Program-made: the position numbers and the translations under genes
The notes under the pieces: model-generated
The model's input: the letters and a program-made list of their open reading frames with translations, nothing else
What the model was told of the DNA's origin: nothing
Databases searched by the model: none
Origin: Clostridia bacterium
Lineage (GTDB): Bacteria > Bacillota > Clostridia > Oscillospirales > CAG-382
Direction of reading: 5' to 3'
NCBI GenBank assembly: GCA_017629895.1
Contig: JAGBWF010000100.1
Coordinates: forward strand, 1 to 39,363
Length of the DNA: 39,363 bases
Shown: positions 32,892-39,363 of the stretch, in pieces
How positions within the stretch are numbered: position 1 is the stretch's first letter
How the letters are laid out: the number at the start of each line of letters is the position of its first letter

Positions 32892-33955
32892 TATGCGTTA
32901 CCTCCCGTTAATTCTTCGATCTTTGCAAGTATGTCTTCGGGAGAGGGTATCATACCGCCCGTTCTTCCGTAGTGATATACAGGCTTTTTGCAGTCGATGG
33001 CGATCTTGATGTCGTTTACCATCTGTCCCATATTCATTTCTACCGAAAGGAAGCATTTTGCGCTGTTTGCAAGCTCGTTAAGCTCCTTTTTGGGATAGGG
33101 GTAAAGGGTGATGGGGCGGAAAAGACCTGCCTTTATGCCCTTCTTGCGTGCGTTGCGGACAGCAGTCTTCGCGATACGCGCGGTAATGCCGTATGCAACG
33201 AGAACGATATCTGCGTCCTCGGTAAGATATTCCTCGTATTTAACCTCGTTTTCCTCGAGCTTCTTGTAGCGTTCGAAGCGTTCGAGCACGATTTCTTCGA
33301 GCTTTTCGGGTTCGATATAAAGCGAGTTTACGATATTGTGAACGCGCTTGCCGCCGTGGCCGTTGCACGCCCAATCCTTTTCGGGAATTTCACGTGCGGG
33401 CTTCGCTTCGAAATCAACGGGCTCCATCATCTGACCGAGTGCGCCGTCTGCAAGGATCATACAGGGCATACGGTAGATATCCGCAAGGTCAAACGCTTCG
33501 CCGACGAGGGTTGCGATTTCCTGAACCGAGTTGGGAGCAAGAACGATTGCGTGGCCGTCGCCGTGGCCGAGAGCCTTGGTTGCCTGATTATAGTCGCTCT
33601 GTGCGGGCTGAATACCGCCGAGACCGGGGCCGCCGCGCTGAACGTTTACGATAACGCAGGGAAGGTCGGAGCCGATTATGTAGGAGATACCCTCGGATTT
33701 GAGCGAAATTCCGGGAGAGGAAGAGCTGGTTATAACTCTCGCGCCGGTGCTTGCCGTGCCGAGAACCATATTGATAGCCGCGATTTCACTTTCTGCCTGA
33801 AGCGAAAGACCGCCTCTTTTGGGCATCTGCTTTGCCATATATTCGGCAAGCTCGGTCTGAGGGGTGATAGGATAGCCGAAGAAGAGCTTGCAGCCTGCAC
33901 GGATGGCAGCCTCTGCGATTGCCTCGTTACCCTTCATCAAAAGCTTTTCGCCCAT
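32891..33955 (-). CDS. 2-oxoacid:ferredoxin oxidoreductase, alpha subunit
   Basis: 354 aa. 'LMKGNEAIAEAAIRAGC..FFGYPITPQTE' and 'QRGGPGLGG'. Confidence 0.85.
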   Translation of the reverse strand: MGEKLLMKGNEAIAEAAIRAGCKLFFGYPITPQTELAEYMAKQMPKRGGLSLQAESEIAAINMVLGTASTGARVITSSSSPGISLKSEGISYIIGSDLPCVIVNVQRGGPGLGGIQPAQSDYNQATKALGHGDGHAIVLAPNSVQEIATLVGEAFDLADIYRMPCMILADGALGQMMEPVDFEAKPAREIPEKDWACNGHGGKRVHNIVNSLYIEPEKLEEIVLERFERYKKLEENEVKYEEYLTEDADIVLVAYGITARIAKTAVRNARKKGIKAGLFRPITLYPYPKKELNELANSAKCFLSVEMNMGQMVNDIKIAIDCKKPVYHYGRTGGMIPSPEDILAKIEELTGGNA

Positions 33956-34170
33956 TATTTTTCACCTCTTTCTACGGTAATAACAACGTCGGGACACATT
34001 GTAGCGCACATAGCGCAGGCAATACATTTGTCCATTTCGGTAACTGTCGCGGGGTGATAACCCTTTGCGTTGAGAACGCTCTTATCGAGGAAGACTATCT
34101 TCTTCGGGCAGGCGAGAACGCAAAGACCGCAACCCTTACACAAGTCTGTTTTGAAGGTTACTTTGTTCAT
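33955..34170 (-). CDS. 2-oxoacid:ferredoxin oxidoreductase, delta subunit (2x[4Fe-4S] ferredoxin)
   Basis: 71 aa with two CxxCxxCxxxCP motifs: 'CKGCGLCVLACP' and 'CIACAMCATMCP'. Confidence 0.8.
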   Translation of the reverse strand: MNKVTFKTDLCKGCGLCVLACPKKIVFLDKSVLNAKGYHPATVTEMDKCIACAMCATMCPDVVITVERGEK

Positions 34171-34201
34171 TTCTTTGTCCTCTGTATTTTTCTTTTTATT
34201 A

Positions 34202-34861
34202 TCAAAATAACTTTTTAGTTATATCGGTAATCGTAACTGTGTTTTCGAGCTCTACCCAATCGGGCGAGGTCGTAAGCAAAAGCGGAAGCTTTGCTATTTC
34301 GGAAAGCCTTTCGGCATAGGGAATCGCATCGAGAATGATTTTTTCATTTGTTTCTTCGCCGAGATTGGAATTGTTTATAATTCCGTGAAACTCGAGTCCC
34401 GATGCGCGTTTTATTGCCTCGAGTACCTCGAGCGCACCCTCGGGCTCGCTGGTTATATAACGATAACGGTTATAGACGAAATACATTTTGTAGCCCGCCT
34501 CGACGTATTGATCGTGAGACATTCCGAGCACCGCCGCTCCGTCGCCGTCGCCGCCGACGTCGGCAACCGATCTGCCCTCTCCCGTGAACAAAAGCTGATA
34601 GTTCGGAGGGAGCGCGGGGATATCGACGTTCGTGTTCGCAAAGGTCGGTATCATCGTCTGAACCCCGAGAGATTCGAGCATTTTTGCGTTATCGGCAGAG
34701 CGAAAATAGGGATTTACTATATCGAGATCGGCAATACGGCACACCTGACCGCTCTTCGCAATATCCATTGCCAGATTGACCGCAACGTTCGTTTTTCCCG
34801 AGCCGTATGGTCCGGAAATGACCGTTACCTTTTCGGTCGCAAGGTCTTTTAAAGAAATCAT
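34202..34861 (-). CDS. uncharacterised SIMIBI-like P-loop NTPase
   Basis: 219 aa. Walker A 'GPYGSGKT', 'IADLDIVNPYF' (MinD/ParA-like switch region), 'VADVGGDGDG' (DxxG-like), 'IINNSN'. The ATG directly abuts the U32 stop (TGAATG). Confidence 0.6.
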   Translation of the reverse strand: MISLKDLATEKVTVISGPYGSGKTNVAVNLAMDIAKSGQVCRIADLDIVNPYFRSADNAKMLESLGVQTMIPTFANTNVDIPALPPNYQLLFTGEGRSVADVGGDGDGAAVLGMSHDQYVEAGYKMYFVYNRYRYITSEPEGALEVLEAIKRASGLEFHGIINNSNLGEETNEKIILDAIPYAERLSEIAKLPLLLTTSPDWVELENTVTITDITKKLF

Positions 34862-36079
34862 TCAGGCACCTCTTATAATATCGCCGCTTTTTGCGTTTTC
34901 AAGCTCAAGATAAAATTCCATCTTTGCGTGGGGGGTGGATTCGATGGGATTCATTTCGGCATCGTACATCTTTCCGATTATAAAATCCTCACCGAAGGTA
35001 CCGGGGCTTAAAAGATTTGCCCTTTCGCCGACGCTCATTTTATTGCGCTGAACGCATTTGGCAAGCCGTTTTTCGCTATCGTATTCGGTAACCGTGGCTA
35101 AAAACGGACGATCTGCGATATATTCGTTTTCGTTTACTACGTTTGCATCCTCCGAGGGTGAGGAATAGAAGTATCCCGTGCCGTATTCGCGGTGGCTGAC
35201 TCTTTCGGTATCGCTCAGGCAACGTGCATCGAATGGCGAGCCCGAAAAATAATCGTCGAGCGCGATCTTGTATGCGTTGGTGATCGCGGCGGTATAATAT
35301 GCGCTCTTCATTCTGCCCTCGATTTTAAGCGAGTCTATGCCCGCATCGACAAGATCGCTTATATGCTCGATCATTCGCATATCGCGCGATGAAAATACGT
35401 AGGTGCCGTCGCCGTATTGCTCGGCATACGCCGTTTCACCGTGCTTTTCCTCGCGGAGAAAATACTTCCACCTGCAAGGCTGTGCACAAGCACCGCCGTT
35501 GGCGTTTCTGCCCGTATAATAGTTCGACATAAGGCATCTGCCCGAATAGGAAATGCACATTGCACCGTGGATAAAGCACTCGATTTCCATATCTGACGGA
35601 ATTTCTGCTCTGAGACGCTTTATTTCATCGAGCGAAAGCTCGCGTGCGAGCACGACGCGCTTTACACCGTATCTGCCCCAGAATTTCACTGCGGCGGAGT
35701 TGACCGTAGATGCCTGCGTCGAGAGATGAAGCTCGGCGTTGGGGATTTCTTCTTTTATTATATCCATAACGCCCGGATCGCTGATGATGAATGCATCGGG
35801 TGTTATTTTCGCAAGCTCGCGGGCATATTCGCGCAGGGGCGCAAGCTCGCTGTCGCGCGGCATGGTGTTGAGCGTGAGATAAAGCCTTGAATTATGCGCG
35901 TGTGCATAATCAAGTCCCTCTTTAAGCTCGGAAAGAGTAAGGTTGCCTGCAGAGGCTCTCATACCGAATCGGTCGAGCGCACAGTAAACGGCATCCGCGC
36001 CGTAGTTTATTGCATATTTAAGCTTTTCAAGATTACCCGCGGGCGATAAAAGCTCGGGGCGTTTTCGGTTATTGTTCAT
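34862..36079 (-). CDS. peptidase U32 family protein
   Basis: 405 aa. 'ELLSPAGNLEKLKYAINYGADAVY', 'ELHLSTQAS', 'ECFIHGAMCISYSGRCLMSNY'. It is downstream of mltG, matching the B. subtilis yrrL...yrrNO neighbourhood. Confidence 0.85.
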   Translation of the reverse strand: MNNNRKRPELLSPAGNLEKLKYAINYGADAVYCALDRFGMRASAGNLTLSELKEGLDYAHAHNSRLYLTLNTMPRDSELAPLREYARELAKITPDAFIISDPGVMDIIKEEIPNAELHLSTQASTVNSAAVKFWGRYGVKRVVLARELSLDEIKRLRAEIPSDMEIECFIHGAMCISYSGRCLMSNYYTGRNANGGACAQPCRWKYFLREEKHGETAYAEQYGDGTYVFSSRDMRMIEHISDLVDAGIDSLKIEGRMKSAYYTAAITNAYKIALDDYFSGSPFDARCLSDTERVSHREYGTGYFYSSPSEDANVVNENEYIADRPFLATVTEYDSEKRLAKCVQRNKMSVGERANLLSPGTFGEDFIIGKMYDAEMNPIESTPHAKMEFYLELENAKSGDIIRGA

Positions 36080-37619
36080 AGGTTCCGTTCTTTATTGCTT
36101 CGTTATCCTTTTTAGCCTGAACGACGTTCTTTTCGTGTCCGCTTGCGCTCGATGCATAGTAGGTCTTGCCCGCATCGTTCGAAACGAAGAAGTATGCGTC
36201 GATATCCTTGCCGCTGCTCGATTGAGGAGGCGAGGGGAACATTGCCGCGGAGAGCGCGTCGAGACCGGGGCTGCTTATCGCTCCGGGAGGCAGGCCGTTG
36301 TAGAGATAGGTGTTATAGGGGGATTCGTAATTCGGGTCGAGCTGCGTGGAATCGCTTATACGCTCGGGAAGAACGTATTGTATCGTTGCGTCGCTTTCGA
36401 GCTTGGGGAAGCTCTGAGGGTGCGAAAGTCTGTTGTGGAAAACGTAGGAGATCGCATAGAAATCCTCGATCTTTCTGCCCTCGCTCTGCACCATCGAGGC
36501 GAGCACGATAAGGTCGTCGAAGGTGAATCCGTATTCCTTTTCGACGTATTCCTGATAGGTCGTTCCGTCGCCGTTTACGTGTGTGAAGTCCTTCCAGAAC
36601 TTATCGTTAAAGGCGTTGAGCATCTTGTTGATTACGAAAACTTCGCTTTCGGTGGTATAGAAATCGTAGGTATCGGGATAGAGATAGCCCTCGAGCCTGT
36701 ATTTGCGGTGCTCGGAATATCCCATCTCGTCGAGAAGCTGTACGAATTTCCATTTATAAGGATAGTTGTTTATCGCCTCGACGTAGTCCTCGCGCTGACC
36801 AACGCCCGCATCGACGAGAAGGTCGATGATCTGGTCCACCGTGAAGCCCTCGGGGACGGTAACGCGGACTATTTCGCGCTTGACGTTTTTGGCGGTGAGC
36901 GCGGTGATTATCTGCGAATAGTTGTAATTCGTGTTAAGCGTGTGCTCGCCCGAAATATATTCGTTCGAGCTGTCGCCGTCGCCGCGGTATTTCATATATA
37001 TTTCGTATACCCAGCCGTATTCGATAATACCCTCCGACTCGAGAATTTCCGCGACGTAGGCGTGTGTTGCGTTTTCGGGAATGGTTACGGTAACGCTTCT
37101 CGTATCGGCTACAAGCGCGAAAACGTCGTTGCCGATAGCGATGATATAGTAGGCGAGATAGGCGGAAACTATAACTACTATCGCAATATATACGACAGCC
37201 TTCGGAATAAGGCTTAAATGCGAGAATATACCGCCCGCTATTTCGAGAGCTCTGCCCTTTTTCTCGGGCTTTTCGTTTTTGGGTGCTTCATCGACCTCGT
37301 CTGCGGGGGGCGGAGGAGTGCTTCCGTCGTCCTCGGAGAAATGGCTCGAAAAATGAGGGGACTCGTCTGCGGGAGCGGTATGGGGATTGACGTCGCCGTC
37401 GCCTTCCTCGCTCAGATGACTGAATATCGACGTCGGAATATTGCTTTCGCCGTCGTCCTGCGGGCTCGAATCACCTTTGCCCGAGGAAAGAATGCCGAGA
37501 ACGTCATCGACGCCGTCGGATTCGTTGGAGTCCGATGCCGAAGCAGAGGAATCACCGTTGAGCTCGTTGAGCATATCGAATATTTCATCGGCGCGGCTGC
37601 GATTTTTATTATCTGACAT
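36069..37619 (-). CDS. mltG: endolytic murein transglycosylase MltG (YceG-like) with long acidic N-terminal region
   Basis: 516 aa with one TM ('VVYIAIVVIVSAYLAYYIIAI'). The YceG core has 'ASMVQSEG', 'YVFHNRL', 'LESDATIQY' and 'PYNTYLYNGLPPGAISSPG'. Confidence 0.85.
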   Translation of the reverse strand: MSDNKNRSRADEIFDMLNELNGDSSASASDSNESDGVDDVLGILSSGKGDSSPQDDGESNIPTSIFSHLSEEGDGDVNPHTAPADESPHFSSHFSEDDGSTPPPPADEVDEAPKNEKPEKKGRALEIAGGIFSHLSLIPKAVVYIAIVVIVSAYLAYYIIAIGNDVFALVADTRSVTVTIPENATHAYVAEILESEGIIEYGWVYEIYMKYRGDGDSSNEYISGEHTLNTNYNYSQIITALTAKNVKREIVRVTVPEGFTVDQIIDLLVDAGVGQREDYVEAINNYPYKWKFVQLLDEMGYSEHRKYRLEGYLYPDTYDFYTTESEVFVINKMLNAFNDKFWKDFTHVNGDGTTYQEYVEKEYGFTFDDLIVLASMVQSEGRKIEDFYAISYVFHNRLSHPQSFPKLESDATIQYVLPERISDSTQLDPNYESPYNTYLYNGLPPGAISSPGLDALSAAMFPSPPQSSSGKDIDAYFFVSNDAGKTYYASSASGHEKNVVQAKKDNEAIKNGTYEQ

Positions 37620-37628
37620 TTAAAGACC

Positions 37629-38546
37629 TCACTTTCTTAGGATAGAAACCGAAACAAAGGCTATAACGAGCAGCAAAAACGTCGGTGAAAGGAAAACGCG
37701 GAAGGCGTTTTTTCTGCTTTTGGGCGGTATCACATCGACGGGGGGACGCTCGGAATAGGAGAAAAGTATGGTTTCGGTGCGCGATAGAAGCAGCAGAAGC
37801 GAAATTCCCGTAAGCATAACGAGAACGAAGCCGATAAAGAAGGCGCCGTTTTTGACCACCGTTACGCGCAGGAAGGCGTCGCTCGCATAGATGCTCAGCG
37901 TATTGCTGAGAAGGTGCAGGAGAATAGAGGGGATTATAGACCTTGTAACCGCGGTTACGAACCCGAGCAAAAGCCCTGTGAAAAGGTATATAACCATATT
38001 TTCGAGCGAGGTGTGAAGCATCGCAAAGCAGAGCGCCGATATAACGACCGCGTTTGCCGTGCCGTATTTGCGGTATTCGCTGAAAACGATGCCGCGGAAG
38101 AAAAATTCCTCGCAGAATGCAGGTATTACGATAAGCGAAAGGATTATTTCGATATGGCTTGCACCCTCTGCCGTGCCCGAAAAATCCTCGTAGAAATTAA
38201 CGAGCGAGGCGACCTCGCCGCCGTTCACGAAATAGAAGAACTTTATTAAAAGCATACCGCTTATAAAAAGCAGTGCCGCGAAGATTATAAAGAGCGCGTG
38301 TGTTCCGCCGCGGGGGAGAAGGTACATATTTTCCTCGAGCCTTCTGCCCTTCAAAAGATAATACGCCATACAGGGCAGGGCAAGCGTTGCAAGCTGAACG
38401 ATGCCTACCGCGACAAAAACGTTCGTATCGCTGTCGAGGGTTTTAAGCGCGTATTTCGATAATTGCATTGCCGTTATGACGAAAATAACGAGCAGGGGTG
38501 TGGTTATGAGCGGGCTTTTGAGCCGTTCCTTCAATCCTTCGGGCAT
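37629..38546 (-). CDS. CPBP-family (CAAX/Abi) intramembrane glutamic metalloprotease
   Basis: 305 aa from ATG 38546 (8 nt after GGAG); the track's GTG 38552 is too close to the SD. Motifs 'EEFFFRG', 'FAMLH' and 'HLLSN'. Confidence 0.8.
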   Translation of the reverse strand: MPEGLKERLKSPLITTPLLVIFVITAMQLSKYALKTLDSDTNVFVAVGIVQLATLALPCMAYYLLKGRRLEENMYLLPRGGTHALFIIFAALLFISGMLLIKFFYFVNGGEVASLVNFYEDFSGTAEGASHIEIILSLIVIPAFCEEFFFRGIVFSEYRKYGTANAVVISALCFAMLHTSLENMVIYLFTGLLLGFVTAVTRSIIPSILLHLLSNTLSIYASDAFLRVTVVKNGAFFIGFVLVMLTGISLLLLLSRTETILFSYSERPPVDVIPPKSRKNAFRVFLSPTFLLLVIAFVSVSILRK

Positions 38547-38588
38547 ACGCACATCTCCTTTCGACAGATTTTTGATAGTGAATTTGAA

Positions 38589-39137
38589 TTACGCGAATCT
38601 CGTTGCTTCTTTAAGGTCGGTTGCCGTCTGTGCGCCGAAAAGCACCTCGACAAGCTTGAAGCCGAAATCGAAGCTTGCACCCATACCCTCGGCGGTTATG
38701 AAGATATCGTCGTGCTCGACCTTTTTGCCGGTTATGTTTGCATGCTCGAGCTTAGGTGCGAAATCGGGGTAAACAGCGGCGTTTCTGCCGTCGAGAAGAC
38801 GCATTTCTCCCAATATCGAGGGAGCGGCGCAGATAGCGCCGATAAATATACCGCTGTCGGCACAATATTCGATAAGGTCCATAACACGCGGATTTTTCGC
38901 GAGATTGGTGGTTCCGGGAAGTCCGCCGGGAAGAACGAGGCAGGACATATCCTCCTTGCGAAGCTCATCGATGGTTATATAGGCGGTAACAGTAAATCCG
39001 TGCGAGCCGGGAACGGCAAGACCGCCCTCGGTTGCAACGAGGATAACGTTTGCGCCTGCGCGCTTGAGAAGGTCTGCGGGGATAAGCGCCTCACATTCCT
39101 CAAAGCCTCTTGCGAGTAAAACGTATACTGTAGGCAT
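38589..39137 (-). CDS. DJ-1/PfpI-family protein
   Basis: 182 aa from ATG 39137 (SD AAAGGAG). 'VLLARGFEECEALIPADLLKRAG', 'LVLPGG' and the nucleophile elbow 'GAICAAP'. Confidence 0.85.
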   Translation of the reverse strand: MPTVYVLLARGFEECEALIPADLLKRAGANVILVATEGGLAVPGSHGFTVTAYITIDELRKEDMSCLVLPGGLPGTTNLAKNPRVMDLIEYCADSGIFIGAICAAPSILGEMRLLDGRNAAVYPDFAPKLEHANITGKKVEHDDIFITAEGMGASFDFGFKLVEVLFGAQTATDLKEATRFA

Positions 39138-39151
39138 TTTCGTTGCTCCTT

Positions 39152-39361
39152 TCAGTTGAAAAGATTGTTTATAAATATCCTTTGCAATACTTCGTCGGGA
39201 ATATTTTTCGCCGAAGCAAGCTTTGTTATTTCGTATTTTATATTTTCGCGTTCGAGAACGTCCCTCATAGAAAGCGGCAAAAGCGCAGATTCGCAACCCT
39301 TTGCGGCAGAAAGCATTTCGCTTTCGCTTTTTGCGAAAATCTCGGTCGCGACACCGCCCTG
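39152..39361 (-). CDS. 3' end (69 codons) of a gene running off the window; product unknown
   Basis: Open frame from the window edge to TGA at 39152-39154: '...LLPLSMRDVLERENIKYEITKLASAKNIPDEVLQRIFINNLFN*'. It ends 14 nt before the DJ-1 start. The ending resembles amidohydrolase/TIM-barrel hydrolase C-termini, but that is a weak impression. Confidence 0.4.
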   Translation of the reverse strand, partial: QGGVATEIFAKSESEMLSAAKGCESALLPLSMRDVLERENIKYEITKLASAKNIPDEVLQRIFINNLFN

Positions 39362-39363
39362 CA

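Noticed and set aside
10153-39296. Longest-ORF 5' extensions for several genes: lipoprotein (11427), SufC (13154), ABC-2 permease (14100), HAD (18618), CarD-like (20675), SGNH (23235), XRE (23316) and DJ-1 (39296).
   Set aside because: Each extension lacks an SD and overlaps a neighbouring gene, terminator or promoter. An internal ATG with a strong SD gives a product starting at the conserved N-terminus of the family (for example 'MKRLIIAITLL...C' signal peptide, 'MLEIKNL', 'MRFSIGD').
1-39363. A search by eye for tRNA/rRNA genes, CRISPR repeats, IS elements/transposases, integrases, toxin-antitoxin pairs and known defence genes.
   Set aside because: I found no regularly spaced direct repeats and no cloverleaf-like GC-rich 75-nt islands in the intergenic regions. 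I found no transposase/integrase-like ORFs and no small overlapping two-gene cassettes with TA features. A covariance-model scan (tRNAscan-SE, Infernal) would be needed to be certain about small RNAs.

Overview
This 39.4-kb segment reads like the core genome of a moderate-GC, spore-forming Gram-positive anaerobe. A Clostridia-like origin is inferred from the M50-scpA-scpB-ytfJ operon, strong GGAGG Shine-Dalgarno sites and a four-subunit 2-oxoacid:ferredoxin oxidoreductase; the taxon cannot be verified here. I call 46 protein genes (one partial), 10 intrinsic terminators and 8 sigma-A-type promoters. By eye I saw no rRNA, tRNA, CRISPR array, transposase, integrase or prophage module.

Gene content, in order:
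- nagB
- M50-scpA-scpB-ytfJ operon
- gpmI
- nusB-xseA-hslO-SDR-orf94-dut
- yhbY
- a lipoprotein
- a SufC/SufBD pair
- an ABC-2 exporter
- a monocistronic 1161-aa multi-AAA+ protease
- a HAD hydrolase and two SGNH hydrolases
- a CarD-like factor
- three tiny membrane proteins plus an orphan PstS-like binding protein
- an XRE regulator with a transmembrane (TM) C-terminal half
- a 15-kb co-directional minus-strand array: DJ-1, CPBP, mltG, U32, P-loop NTPase, OFOR delta/alpha/beta/gamma, ispD-ispF, nagA-nagB2, two M16 peptidases, lgt, folD

The ORF track uses longest-ORF logic and GTG/TTG starts. I therefore trimmed about 14 starts to the codon sitting 6-9 nt behind a Shine-Dalgarno.

The best candidate for something new is the gene at 15053-18538. 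It is a single chain with no membrane anchor that joins a Clp_N domain, an Hsp100-D2-type AAA ring, an unassigned (possibly receiver-like) insert, an FtsH-type AAA ring and an M41 zinc protease. It has its own perfect consensus promoter and a strong terminator.

Secondary points of interest:
- an atypical P-loop NTPase abutting a U32 gene, just upstream of the OFOR genes
- a tandem family of micro-membrane proteins in front of an orphan PstS-like protein
- a dense palindrome/operator field upstream of the XRE-TM regulator
- a hairpin-rich 320-bp non-coding gap upstream of yhbY
- near-total avoidance of TTA/CTA/TCA codons, which produces giant codon-aligned mirror ORFs

All family assignments rest on motif recognition by eye. 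No database search was run.
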